Part shown: piece by piece, positions 1 through 12,175 of the stretch
Position numbering within the stretch: position 1 is the first letter of the stretch
Layout: the number at the start of each line of letters is the position of its first letter
NCBI RefSeq assembly: GCF_009834535.1
Contig: NC_045696.1
Location: 49,292,001-49,356,000, forward strand
Length of the DNA: 64,000 nucleotides
Source of the DNA: Camelus ferus
Lineage: Eukaryota
Direction of reading: 5' to 3'
The notes under the pieces: model-generated
Database searches by the model: none
Seen by the model: only the letters and a program-made list of their open reading frames with translations
Told to the model about the DNA's origin: nothing
Program-made: the position numbers and the translations under genes

Positions 1-325
1 CCTGTACTGTGTTAAATATAGGTAGCAAGAGTGGGTATCCTTATCTTGTTCCTGATCTTAATGGAAAAGCTTTTAGTTTTTAGCATGATGTTAGTTGTGG
101 ACTTTTCATATATGGCCTTTATCATGTTGAGATAAGCTCCTTCTGTACCTAGTTGAAAGTTTTTATCGTGAAATGGTGTTGAATTTTGTCAAATGCTTTT
201 TCTGCATCTATTGAGATGATCATGTGGTTTTCTTTCTGTTAATGTGGTGTATCCTATTAATTAATTTGCATATGTTGAGCAATCCTTGCATACTAGGAAA
301 AAACCCCCACTTGATCACTGAATGG
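1..325 (-). mobile_element. LINE-1 ORF2 (RT region) fragment, inverted segment; continues off the window start
   Basis: Reverse complement reads through the L1 RT region ([39 protein letters not shown]) with frameshifts. Confidence 0.9.
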
Positions 326-327
326 TC

Positions 328-525
328 CTAACCTGTTAGAAATAATAAACAAATACAGTAAAACTGCAGGATGCAAAATCAACATGAAAAAAATCAATTG
401 CCTTTCTATACACTAATAAGGAGTTCATCATTTCCAAAAAGAAAATTAAGAAAATAATCCCATTTACAATATCAAAAAGAATAAAATACTTAGGAATAAA
501 CTCAGCCAAGGAGGTGAAAGACTCT
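328..525 (+). mobile_element. LINE-1 ORF2 fragment, sense segment abutting the inverted piece
   Basis: aacctgttagaaataataaac...gcaggatgcaaaatcaac...aaaatacttaggaataaac encodes LLE.IN..SK.AG.KIN / IKYLGIN motifs. Confidence 0.88.
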
Positions 526-849
526 GGCAGAAGCAGGAGAAGGGGAGAGGTGAAAGCAAAGGTGGATGGCATAGTTTGAGTGATGTTCCAGGATGTAAGT
601 CATTAGTGGTTTCACAGGCATTCATTTTATTATTATATTCTATAACGTTACATTCTTTAGTAAGTATCAAATATTGCATAATAAAAAAGTGAATATAGAA
701 AAAAGAAGTCACCTTATTGGGTCTAAGGTTGGATTAGGCCAGGGATTGACCAGCCTGACTGCACGTTGGAGCCACGGAAGGAAGAGTCAGATCTCCTGAG
801 TCAAAATCTCAGCTATAAGTTTCATTCATGCAGGGGTATGTGAGTCATT

Positions 850-925
850 TACTTCTGTGTCCTTGCACCTGTACCAATGCCGGAAACCTTTTGGTGACTA
901 TATGTTACATGAATGAATGCATGAA
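850..925 (+). mobile_element. L2 3' end fragment
   Basis: Degenerate L2 tail ending in gaatgaatgcatgaat. Confidence 0.5.
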
Positions 926-1499
926 TAGGACAGCAGTCCACATTTCAGTAAACTTCCCATGTGATCTGCTAGTTAGTCCACTAAAAAGGACTGCCATCTT
1001 CGTCTTTTACAAGCCGCGGATTCTTTCTCCTGACGAACGACTTGGGAGTCATCACACAAAAGCCCACTTCATGCATAAGGAACAAACGTGTATCATCACC
1101 TCCAAGGAAACCTTAAAGAAAGGAGATAGACACCCTGGGAGAGGTAATGTGAGGTGGGCAGGCTGCCAGAGTGTGGCAGGTGGCCAGTGTACAGCCTCAT
1201 GGTGGCTGAGGCCTGAGGAAGAGAGAAACGGTGGAACAGAGGAGGCTCCAGAGCCTGACCTGACAAGGGAGACACCCTCTCCTGAGCCATCACCCCATTC
1301 CTTCTCCAGTGCCAGCTGACTTTGCCCAGCAACACTCTCTCTCAGTACCCACCTCCTCAGGACACTTTTCTGAAAGTGTGTTCTCTCCTCTTTTCTTAGT
1401 AGAAACACTTAGAAAGGGGTGCTCAGCTCAGTCTACATCAGCAAGTCATCTCTGTGTGCTGCCGAGTGGCACCATCCTGTGGGCAAGATCCAGAGTTTC

Positions 1500-1999
1500 T
1501 GTATTAGCTATCTATTGGTGCATAACAAATGACCCCAAAGCTTAGTGGCTTAAAAAAACAAAATATTTATCTCACAATTTCTATAGGTTAGGAGTCTGGG
1601 AGCAACTTAGCTGGGTAGCTCTAGATCAGTATCTCTCATGAAGTTACAGCCAAGCAATCAAGTCTGCAGGTTCTGAGGCTTAGCTGGGGCTGAAGGAAGC
1701 ACTTCCCAGCTCAGTCCCATGGCTCTTCGATTCCTCACTACGAAGACCTCTCCACAGGGCTCTTCTCTATGGTTTCCCCCAGAGCAACCAATACGAGACC
1801 GAGAAAGAGAGAGAGAAAACCTAAGATGGAAGGTTTTGTTTTGGTTTTTGGAACAACCTAATTTTGGAAATGACACCGTCACTTTTGTTATATGCTGTTG
1901 ATCACCCAGACCAACCCCGGTAAAAGGTGGGAGGGGACCATAGAGGGCGTGCGTTCCAGGAGCAGGGATCATTGGGGCCATCTCTGAGGCTGGCTACCC
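1500..1999 (-). mobile_element. MLT1-family (MaLR) solo LTR
   Basis: Starts tgtattagctatctattggtgcataacaaat...cttagtggcttaaaa and ends gggatcattggggccatct..gaggctggctac, both typical MLT1 termini. Confidence 0.85.
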
Positions 2000-3049
2000 C
2001 TTTCCCTGGATGGGCTTTCAAGTCCTTCGGGCCCTTCGGTTAAAATGCAGATGTTTCCAGAGAGGATTAGCATATTAACAGGCAATTAGCTAATAGCCAA
2101 ATGAAAAGCAGAAAATAGGTGGGCAAGTGTGTGTGGAGGGGGAACAGGAGAGGTGAGAAGAGTTTCTCTGTGAGGCTTTGGAGGAGGGTCAGTGGGGAAG
2201 GATCTACTATTTGTGGGAGAAAGTCTTAGCACAGAAGGATAATAAAGACACCCAAGAGCAGGATCCGTGTGTAAGAGGAGAGGCAGAGTGGGAGCGGGGA
2301 CCGGAGAGACCGCCCATTCACTGACAGTCGCAGGCGTCACCTGCTGAGGCTGCGGCGTGCCGCGGCCTGGGGTCTGCGCTGAGATGGGGAAGAGGTGCCG
2401 CGCCTCACTGCTGCTTCATTAAATGCTGCTTCCCAGGCAGCTGGTGGAGTATGTGCCTATATACTGTTCTCAGTTTGGTTTTTCTCTTTTTTCCTAAATT
2501 GCACATTTTAATTAACCTTCAAGCCCTTGCTGGGGCTTTGAAAGAACTTAATTGGTCTGCAGGGATTGGAACATGCAACAGTCAGTTGTTTTCACTCCGA
2601 GGACTTACAAAATTGAAATTATTGTTTTATTTCATTCTTTGAAGCCCAGAGCTACATGTGGATTCCTATTTGGAACTGGTAGAAACATCCTTGAATACTT
2701 AAGTGAGGATCCCAAGAAGATATTTAAGCTGCAATGACATGTGAGTATTTAATACCTTGAATATTTCATTCATCTTGTGTCTTTGGGTTGACAATGAGTT
2801 GAACTCCTGTTGACTTTTTTTTTTTTTTTTTTGGCTTCCTCATCAAGGATGGGAAATATTTTGACCTGAATTTAATATGCAAACTTTCACAATCAGGTGG
2901 GAAATCCTCTCTTGAAATCAGAACTCCTTAAGAGATTTTCAGATCTTTTCAGTTTTGTCATACATAATTCTGAGAATCACAGTGAATGTGTGGATTTTAT
3001 TTTCCATATGAAACCATATGAAAAGCAACTCACTTATTGATAACCCATG

Positions 3050-3400
3050 ATACAAAGAGATCAAGGCTGGAGGTAAACACTTGTATGTCTTCAGAATTGA
3101 GGAGATAATTCTGAGGATAAAGCCATATGAGTGAGTGAGTTTACCAGTGGGGTGAGACAGGGAGAGAAGAGCAGAGAGTCAGGAGCTGGGATGCTGAGAA
3201 TCTAGAGGAAAAGAAGCTGTCGAAGGTGAGGGGGAGGAGAAGGAGCCTGTGAGGTAGGGGGTGCCCAAGAAAGCAGTGGGGAAAATCAAGGAGGCGTCTC
3301 AAAAAAAGGAGAGTTAATCATCTTAAACGTTGCAGAAATATCAAGGAAAAAAAAAAAAAGAATGAAGAAAAGGCAGCTGGATATAGCAAAAATGGGAGGT
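3050..3400 (-). mobile_element. L2 fragment
   Basis: Purine-rich degenerate L2 body (gagatcaaggctggaggt...gagaagagcagagagtc...). Confidence 0.5.
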
Positions 3401-3468
3401 GGGGGTGACTGGTTTTCTGTGCTTCACTTTAATTTTGTATTAGACGTTTACTAGGTCCTTTAACTCAG

Positions 3469-4721
3469 TGTGCCGGTTATCTGTTACTGGGTAAGAAACC
3501 AAGCCAGAAATTAGTAGCTTAAAACTATAGCTGAGTATTTGGTCACAATTCCGTACGTGGGCAATTTGGGCTTATGATTCTGCCCCCGTTTACAATGTGT
3601 GGGTTTTTTCCCCACACCACTGAGCAAGTCTCGGACACTAGCTGGCTGTCCTATGATTCAACTCAATTCTGACACTGTCTCCCTGGAGATAGCATTGTGT
3701 GCCACTAGTTAAAGACTCAGTTCTGTAAGGCTGCAGCCCCCTTCAGATGCCAGTCACAAGTCCAGGTTGTCACCTGTTTTCTGAGGGATGGGTTGAAGCT
3801 TTCAACGATCCCCTACTTGGGTTTGATTGATTTGCTAGAGTAGCTCACAGACCTCAGAGAAACATTTTATTTACTGAATTACAGGTTTGTTATAAAAGGA
3901 TATATATCTCAGGAACAGGCAGCTAGAAGAGACGCATAGGGTAAGGTGTGGGGAAAGGGGCACAGAGCTTCCCTGCCCTCTCTGAAAGTGCGCCACCCTC
4001 CCCACCGTCATGTGTTCACCAACCCGGAAGCTCTCTAAGCCTCATCCTTTTGGGTTTTTCTGGAGGCTTCATTATATAGGCTTAATTGATTAAATCATTG
4101 GCCATTGGAAATTGATTCAACCTCCAGCCCTTTTCCCCTCCTGGGAGGTCAGGGGGGTGGGATCCTCTAACCAGCATGGTTGGTTCTCCTGGCACCCAGC
4201 CTCCATCCTTAAGTGCAGTTCCAAAGTAACATCATTAACATAACAAATAACACCTTTGTTACTCTTATCACTTAGGAAATTCCAAGAGTTTTAGGAGCTT
4301 CTACCAGAAACATGGGGCAAGACCAAACATATATTTCTTATTATGAATCACAGTATCCTAGGACTAGACTCAGCTGGAAACTCTTTTTGCTCCTCTAGTG
4401 TTGGCTGAACTCCTTCACATGTTCTCGGAGAGTTGGTTGATGAGCTTGGGACTGAGCCATTCCTAGATGACCTCATTTGCTTGTCTGATGGTTGGTGTTG
4501 GCTCTCGATGGGGCTTCTCCACAAACTGCAAGGTGTCTTCAGGCTTAGCCTTGGTGTCACACGCTATTACTTCACTACATTCAGTTGGCCCAGCTCACAT
4601 TCAAATGACAGGAAAGTTGATTCTACTTCTTGATAGGAGGAGTGGCGGGCCACATTGTGAAGAGAAGTGGACACAGGAAGGTGTCATTCGTTGGGGACGT
4701 TAATTGTGACAATCTGTCATA
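3469..4721 (-). mobile_element. MLT1-family LTR split by a MER21 insertion (pieces 3469-3572 and 4361-4721)
   Basis: MLT1-like start (tgtgccggttatctgttactggg...agtagcttaaaac...ggcaatttgggct) resumes as ...gactcagctgg after the insert. Confidence 0.7.
3573..4360 (-). mobile_element. MER21-family LTR
   Basis: caattctgacactgtctccctggagatagc, cttcagatgccagtcacaagtccaggttgtcacc and terminal gaccaaacatatatttcttatt match MER21; possible 5-bp TSD gggct/ggact. Confidence 0.8.
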
Positions 4722-5499
4722 TATACCAGAATGGATAACCAGAACCTTATAAAAGGATCAGTTTTCTGATCCAGTATTATTTCATGCACATTATTATTAG
4801 CATTTTTCATGTCAGAATACATCCTACAATGGTACCTTGCTTCTATTCAATTAGGAAAAAGTTAAGGCATAAGTGAAGTGAAGGCATAACAGATGAGTAA
4901 TCAAAGGAGCCTCCAACCTTGGCTTAAACCCACATTCCTGCTTCTTGGCCCCTGGGAGACCCACCTGACTTCTTTCTTTCAAAGACACAACCACTTTCCC
5001 ATTATCCTGTTTCCTGAATTTTCGGTGGCTGAAACTGGGTTAGAAGCAGATCTTTAAGCTTCTCTGCATGAGTCAAGGGCCTTCACTTAAGGTGTTGGGT
5101 GAGACCACTCACTTTGCAAGATTATGGAAATGAACCTATGGATCTATGAAGTGCCCCCTGTCATTGGATTTGAGCTCAGTCTCCAAACTCTATTCCCTTT
5201 ACCTATTTCTTTCTCCATTTTAATATTCCAAAGAATGAATGTTATGTGAACTTTATTTAGCATATGTGGATTGCAGTTGATTCAGAAGAATTTACTTATT
5301 AGTCATAACCTGGAACTGGAATATCCAGACTTGATAGGTGCCACATCTTCCATCAATATTGCTGTGAAAAGTCAGAGTTTGGTCCTTAAGGAACAGTTTC
5401 ATAATCAGAAGTGGGAAGTAACTTGAAACCAACAATAAGACACAATAACAAGAGAAGCAAAAGATACAAGAGCAAAGAGAGAAGGGATCTAACCCTATT

Positions 5500-5720
5500 C
5501 TCAGCTCCTGCTGTGAGCCAGGCACTGAGGTAGGCAGTGTAATCCACGTGCTCTCATTTGGTTGCAGAGCCACTAGCAAGACAGCTACTTTGACCCAGTT
5601 TTACAGATGAAAAACCTGCAGCTCAAAGAGGTTAATAACTCGTCTGAAGTCACAAAACTAGTAATTGGTGGAGCTTGGGTTTTGACTACAGTTTGTTTGA
5701 TTTCAGTGTACGTGTTCTGT
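5500..5720 (-). mobile_element. MIR SINE
   Basis: Core ttttacagatgaaaaacctgcagctcaaagaggttaataact...gtcaca. Confidence 0.8.
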
Positions 5721-6659
5721 CTATTTTGCCAGGGTAGTAGATTCATTTTCACAAAGTAAAAACCTCATTAAGAAAATCATATTCTCCCTGTTACGCAGAG
5801 TTCTTTTGTTCTCTATTTCATAGTTCAATTTTCATGGTCTATGAATTCTAGAATCCATGATGATTTAGAGTAAAAAGGATGCATGGTATCCTCAACTCTA
5901 CAGACTGTTCAAGTTTTATCCTGACCTAGAGTGTTTCCTTTTCTCCCATTTTAGCAGTTGGTGATCGGACATATTGAGCATGCAAATGCTGATCAGTTCA
6001 TTTGGTTGATGGTTAGCTGCTTTCAGACAAAAAGAGTTGCTAAAACAGATTTACATTTTTGTCAAGGGACTTCAGTTGCCTGTTTATCCTCATCCACTAC
6101 TATTCTGGAAAAGAAAGGATTCACTTGCCATTAGTACCTTACAGCCTCTTCTGATTTTGAAAGGAATACTTCTTAAAGGAAGACAACACTAAAACCTGGG
6201 GAATTCAATTCATATAAGTGTGAATATCTCAGAAATTTCTTTCCAATGAACAGAAAAGTTCATCTTAGGAAAACTTTAATTGATTTTGCTTATTATTGCT
6301 AGCAGTTTGGGAAACTAGCAAGGAATTATCTTTATCACTTTTGTGCCTCTTTTAGTGCTAATTCAGGCTTCTACTCAGGCTGTTTAATTGGTTCTCTGTT
6401 TCATAAAAAAAGAAAAAGAGGATACATAAACCTGGGCAGTGACTTTGTTTCTAGTTCATAAAATTGCTTAGTTTAATTACAACTGCATTTGTGTCTCATT
6501 ATAATTTATGCATCTAAGATATTCACACTAAATTTTTGCTCAACTTCAGTGTAAAAACACAAGTCTTCCTATCTTTCTATCTTGTTATTTCTCCCGTGTC
6601 CCTAAAATGGTGCTTGCTGACTATGGGCTATATTGAGAGAGAGAGGAAGTATGCAGTAA

Positions 6660-6915
6660 TAATTAGGAGTGGCATTCTATTGAGTACTTACCATGTGCCT
6701 GGTTCTGGGATAAGACTTTCTATGCCTTAATTCATTGAACCCTTGCCTATCCCTATGGGATGGGTGCTATTACTAACCCTAAATGAAAGACAAAGGGCTT
6801 CTGGTTCAGGGAGGTTAAGACATTGGCCAAAGTCAAAGAACTGCTAATGGTGGAATTGGAACTGGAATCTTGTTTTATCTGACAATAAACTCTGTACTCT
6901 GAACTACTATGCTTG
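6660..6915 (-). mobile_element. MIR SINE
   Basis: tattgagtacttaccatgtgcctgg...gggaggttaagacattggccaaagtca... Confidence 0.8.
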
Positions 6916-6929
6916 CCTTCCTAGAGATT

Positions 6930-7420
6930 TTTCAATTAAACCTTTAATTTGAAATGATGGTAGATTCACATGCAATTATAAGAAATAATACAGAGAAGAT
7001 CCTGTATATCATTTACCTAATTTCCCCAGTGATGTCTTGCAAACTGTACTACAGCATCACAACCAGGATATTGACATTGATACAGTCAAGATACAAAGCA
7101 GTTCCATTACAGGGATTCCTCCTGCTACCCTTTTATAACCACACTCACTTCCTTTTCACCTTCATCCCTAACTCCTGGCAACTACTAATCTGCTCTCTAT
7201 TTGTATAATTTTGTCTTTTCAAGAAGGCTATATAAGGGGGAGGGGATAGCTTAGTGGTAGAGTGCCTGCCTAGCATGCACAGTGTCCTGGGCTCAATCCC
7301 AGTACCTTCACTTAAAAAAATAAGTAAATAAATAAACCTGATTACCTCTTCCCCTAAGAAAAGGGGGGGGGGTCTATATAAATGGAATCATGCACTATGT
7401 AATTTTTGGGGACTAGCTTT
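6930..7420 (-). mobile_element. Old L1 (L1MC-like) 3' end, interrupted by a SINE
   Basis: agattcacatgcaattataagaaataatacagag...caaccaggatattgacattgatacagtcaagataca...tatataaatggaatca. Confidence 0.8.
7236..7373 (+). mobile_element. Camelid tRNA-derived SINE (Vic-1 type)
   Basis: ggggaggggatagcttagtggtagag (A box)...gggctcaatcc (B-box-like), A-rich body, aaacctgattacctc tail; TSD ctatataa at 7228-7235 and 7374-7381. Confidence 0.88.
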
Positions 7421-9635
7421 TAAAAGTCAAACTATATAATACCAAGTATTTTTTCTGACCACAGTAGAAAGAAAGTATTCAATAGAGGAAGGAAAACTGG
7501 AAAAGCCACAATTCTGTAGGAATTAAACAACACACTCTTAAACAGCCAGTCAGTTAAAGAAGAAATCACAGGGGAAGTTAGAAAATATCTTAAGATGAAT
7601 GAAAATAAAAACACAGATATCAAAATGTGCGGGATACAGTGAAAGCAGTAAAAAGAAGTAAGTTGATAGTGGTAAATAAATCCATTAAAAAAGAAGAAAG
7701 ATCTCAAATCAACAATCTAATTTTATACTTCAAGGAACTAGAAGAAGATGAACTAAATCCAAAGTTAGCATAATGAGGGAAATAATAAAAGTTAGAGTGT
7801 AAATTAAAAGCAGTAGGAAAATAATAGAAAAAGTTAACAAAACTAAAAGTTGTTTTTTGAAAAGATTAATAAAATTGACAAACCCATAGCTAGATTAAGA
7901 AAAAAAGAGAAGACTTAGCTAAAATCAAAAATGAAAGAGTAGACATTATAATTGATGTCATGGGGGAAACTATGAACAATTATATGCCAACAAATTAGAA
8001 AACTTAGAAGAAATGGATAAATTCCCAGAAATTTATAACCTTCCAAGAATGAATCATGGAGAAATAAAAAATCTGAACAGACGTACAATCAGTAAGGATT
8101 ATGAATAAGTAATCAAAAACCTGCCAACAAAGAAAAACCCAGCATCAGATGGCTTCACTAGAGAATTCTACCAAACATTTAAGGAACAATTAACATCAGT
8201 CTGCCTAAAATTCTTCCAAAAAATTAGAAGAGAGGGACTACTTCCAAACTCATTTTATGAGGCCAATATTACCCTGACCCTGATACCAAAGCCAGACAAA
8301 GATACTACAAGAAAGGAAAGCTACAGACTAATATCCTTGATGAATGTTAATGTAAAAATCCTCAACATAATTATAGCAAACCAAATTCAGTAAGACATTT
8401 AATAGATTATACTCCATGATAAAGTGGGATTTATTCCTGGAATGCAAGAAGGCTCAACATACAAACATATATCAGCGTGATATACCACATTTGCAGAATG
8501 AAGCATAAAATCCACATGATCATTTCAAATGATGCAGAAAAAGCAATTGACGAAATTCAACCCCCTGTCATGATAAGAACACTCAACCAGGAATAGAAAC
8601 CACCTCAGTATAATAAAGGCCATCTCTGACAAGCCCACAGTTAATATCATTTCCAGTGGGGAAAAACTGAAAGCTTTTCCTCTAAGATCAGGAACAAGGC
8701 AAGAATGCTCACTCTCACTGCTTTAGTTAACATGGTACAAGCAGTCCTAACCAGAGCAGTTAGTCTAGAAAAGGAAGTAAAAGTCATCTAAAGTGCAAAG
8801 GAAGAAGTTAAATTATCTCTGTTTGCAGATGATATACTCTTTATGTAGAAAACCCTAAAAATTCCACAAGAAACCTGTTAGAATTAATAAATGAATTCAA
8901 CAAAGTTGCAGGATAAATAGAAAAGTCAGATGCATTTCTGTGTACTAACAATGAACATAAAAATTAAGAAAGCAATCCCATTTACAATACCATTTAAAAA
9001 ATGCTTATGAATAAATTTAAAGTAAAAGATTTATACATTAAAAAGTGTAAAATATTGCTGAAAGAAATTAAAAGAAGATACAAATAAATGGAAGGACATC
9101 CCATGCTTATGGATTGGAAGACTTAATATTGTTAAAATGTCCATACTACCCAAAGCAGCCTATAGATTCAATGTAATCCCTGTAAAAATCTCAATGGTAT
9201 TTTTTTCTGGAATTTGTATGGACTCTTGAGGGTCCCCAAATAGCCAAAACAATCTTGAAAAAGAAAAACACAGTTGGAAGTCTCACATTTCCTGATTTGA
9301 AAACCTGTTACAAAACTACAGTAATCAAAACAGTATGACATAAAGACATACATATCAACAAATGGAGCAGAATAGAGAGCCCAGATCTAACGCCCCATGC
9401 ATACTGTAAAGCAATCTTCAACAGGGGTCTTAAGTCTGCCGAAGAAGAGAACAAATGGTGTTGGGAACTGGATAGCCACATGAAAGGAAGGAAGTTGGAC
9501 ACTTACTTTATACAACATATAAAAATTAACTCAAAGTGAATTAAACACCTACATGTAAGACCTAAAGCTGTGAAATACTTATAAGAAAATATAGAGGGGA
9601 AGTTTCATGACATTGGCTTTGGCAATGATTTTTTT
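7421..9635 (+). mobile_element. LINE-1 ORF2 fragment (disabled, truncated at both ends)
   Basis: Continuous degraded ORF2 including tttgcagatgat (FADD) near 8822, YRLISLMN and SILPKA.YRFN.IP motifs. Confidence 0.92.
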
Positions 9636-9799
9636 TCAGCTTTATTGAGGTATATTTGACAAAATTATCAGCTCTAATGTTCTAGTTGAATAATTTATTT
9701 GAGCTTTAAATCTCAGAGAGGCTTTCTTGAAGTTAATTTTCTTCATATCTTTCTGAAGACCTTTGTAATAAGGAATATTGAAATGTTTTAAAGATTGAT

Positions 9800-10228
9800 T
9801 TTTTTGTTTTTGTTTTTTTTAGCTTTATTGAGGTATAAGTGACAAATAAAATTGTAAGATATTTAGAGTGTACAACAGATGATTTTATATATGCATGTAT
9901 TGTGAAAGGATACCCACCATTGAGTTAACTCACATATCCATCACTTCCATATTTTGTTTTCTTTTTAGGTAAGACATTCAAGTTCTACTCTCTTAGCAAA
10001 TTTCAGTTATACATACAGTATTATCAACTACAGCTACCACATTATACATAAGATTCTCAGACCTTATTTGTTCTGTAACTGAAAGTTTGTACCCATTTCC
10101 CAACCTCTCTCTACTTCCTTTACTCCCCAGCCCCTGAAGACCACTTTTTTATTCTGTTTTTGTAATTTGGAATTTTTTTAAGATTCCACACGTAAGTGAC
10201 ACCATGTAGTATTTGTCTTTCTGCATCA
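9800..10228 (-). mobile_element. 5'-truncated L1 3' end (L1MA9-like)
   Basis: Poly-T then agctttattgaggtataagtgacaaataaaattgtaagatattt...agattccacacgtaagtga; possible short TSD attgat (9794-9799 / 10229-10234). Confidence 0.85.
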
Positions 10229-11134
10229 ATTGATATCCTAAGAAAATTTTACATAGTTCTGTGTAAGATCAGGATATTTGGAAGTCCACATAGAAATGAA
10301 AATTTGGTTGTGACAACTTTCTTCTGTTGGCGGCATTTTAAATCATTTACCCAAGTCTCCCTCCCTCCAACTCAAATCACATTGTCCTAAGTTTCCCTGC
10401 CTCTCAGCTTCATTGCTTCCCATCATCTCCCCAGTAACTTTCTAGCACTGCTCCAAACCAGACTGATACATACATCCCTGTGACTGGGCAAAATGTGAGC
10501 AGTTTTAATGATGACGTACTAGAAAGTATATGTCCACCATCAGCATCCTCCTCACAGTGTCTCAGCAGTGGGAGTCTGTCCAGGTGATGTGCCTGCCACG
10601 CCTCCTCTCAGCAGAATCTTTATGTCCCTTCAGTGCTAAGGAAAACCTCATCTTTGTCTTCACGAATTGGGTGCAGTTCTGCCTGAAGGGAGAAGCTAGG
10701 TTAATCAACTTCTTAGCATCTATTCTAGGTCTATGAATCCATGATGTTTTTACTTATCATATAGAAACTTACTGTGGTTCAAAAAAAGTTTTCATACAAT
10801 GACACTTAATATGTCTTGGCAGCTGAGCAATTTCGATAGTTATCAGGCAGTGATCGTTAATGTCCCCCTTCACAAAGAGAGGTACTACACTCAGTGTCCT
10901 TTGCTTTAGGAAGTGAAGTGAATACCAAGCATCCTTCCCTCTGTACTTTTCCTTCTTTCCTCTTTCCCTGCCTTCAACTAACAAACACTGAATGAACGGT
11001 TGACATTGGTGGGACAGAGAGGTAGGCTTGGGCAATAAAATGAGGTCAATACCCTTTTATGTCTTTAAAGATTCACATTCTAATGAGAGATATTCTCAAA
11101 ATAAGAGGATAAAGAGCAAAACAGGAATTTCAAC

Positions 11135-11235
11135 TTACATAACCATAATCACAAGCTACTAATTGGAAGAGCTGAGGTTTGAAACCCAATACACCTGATT
11201 CCAAAGCCTGAGTCATTTTCACTACACTGTGCCCC
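11135..11235 (-). mobile_element. MIR fragment within degraded L2 sequence
   Basis: cacaagctactaattggaagagctgaggtttgaaaccc...ctgattccaaagcc...actacactg. Confidence 0.65.
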
Positions 11236-11599
11236 CTTGATACTAAGTTTAGAGGAGGGAGAAATGTCCATTTGTGAGGACAGTGACAGGAGTGTTCACG
11301 GAAGGGTCCACCTATATAACTTGGACCTTGAAGGATGGCCAGGATTCTTGGTAGATGGAAGGAGCTGGATGGAGAGAGTGGAGACCATAAGAGCATATTT
11401 CAGCAACAGAAAAAGAGAATTCTGGATATGGTATGCAAATTTGTCTTCAAGTTGAAGCACATGGTTGTTTTTGCTACTGTAACATTTCTGTGGGAGGACA
11501 AAAGGAAAGGTGATTGGGATAGGAATGTGTAGGGCTATTAATGCTGGGCTGAGAAGTTGAACTTTATTCTATGCTCAGCCTCAAATGGGAGTTTTAGTA

Positions 11600-12175
11600 T
11601 ATCATTACACTAACAGCCCCGAGTGAATCATGACTTCTGGAATTTCAGGACTTTGTGTTGTTTTCCTCCCACTTTGATTCTGGGTTTGGCTGTGTGAACA
11701 GCTATGTGATTTTGGCCAGTGGAACCTCAGTGAAAAATGACACAAACTGGTGGGGAGGATATAGCTCAGTGGTAGACTGTGCCCTTAGCATGCATGATGT
11801 CCTGGTTTCAATCCGCAATACCTCCATTAAATAAATAAATAAATAAATATCTAATTGCCCCGCCCAAAACATGACACAAAAAGAGGCTTAACACATACTT
11901 GAGTATTGGGGTGCTCTCTCTTGGAAGGCTGCTGCCTCCATGTAAGGAGCATGGGAAGGTCATGTGGAAGAGAACCAAGGGGCTGCAGATCTAGTTGAAT
12001 AAGGCCATTTTAGACCATCCACCTCTTGTCCAGCAACCATGGGTGATCTCAGGCAATATGAGCAAAAGAACTGGCCAGCTGAGCCCAACCCAAACTGCAG
12101 AATCACAAGCCAGTAAGTTGTTTTATGTCCCTGTGTTTTGGAATAGTTTGTTATATAGCAATAAATAACTTATTC
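11600..12175 (+). mobile_element. MLT1-family LTR interrupted by a SINE
   Basis: ttggccagtggaac...ccagctgagcccaacccaaactgcagaatc...gtttgttatatagcaataaataac. Confidence 0.8.
11752..11870 (+). mobile_element. Camelid tRNA-derived SINE (Vic-1 type)
   Basis: ggggaggatatagctcagtggtaga...agcatgcatgatgtcctggtttcaatcc...(aaat)n...ctaattgcccc; TSD atgacacaaa at 11737-11746 and 11871-11880. Confidence 0.9.

Noticed and set aside
828..1408. Overlapping ORFs of 163 aa (+) and 118 aa (-)
   Set aside because: No recognisable domain; the plus ORF starts across an L2 tail; consistent with chance ORFs
7236..7310. tRNA-Ala-like sequence (also 11752-11825)
   Set aside because: Mutated stems, SINE tail and TSDs show these are SINEs, not tRNA genes
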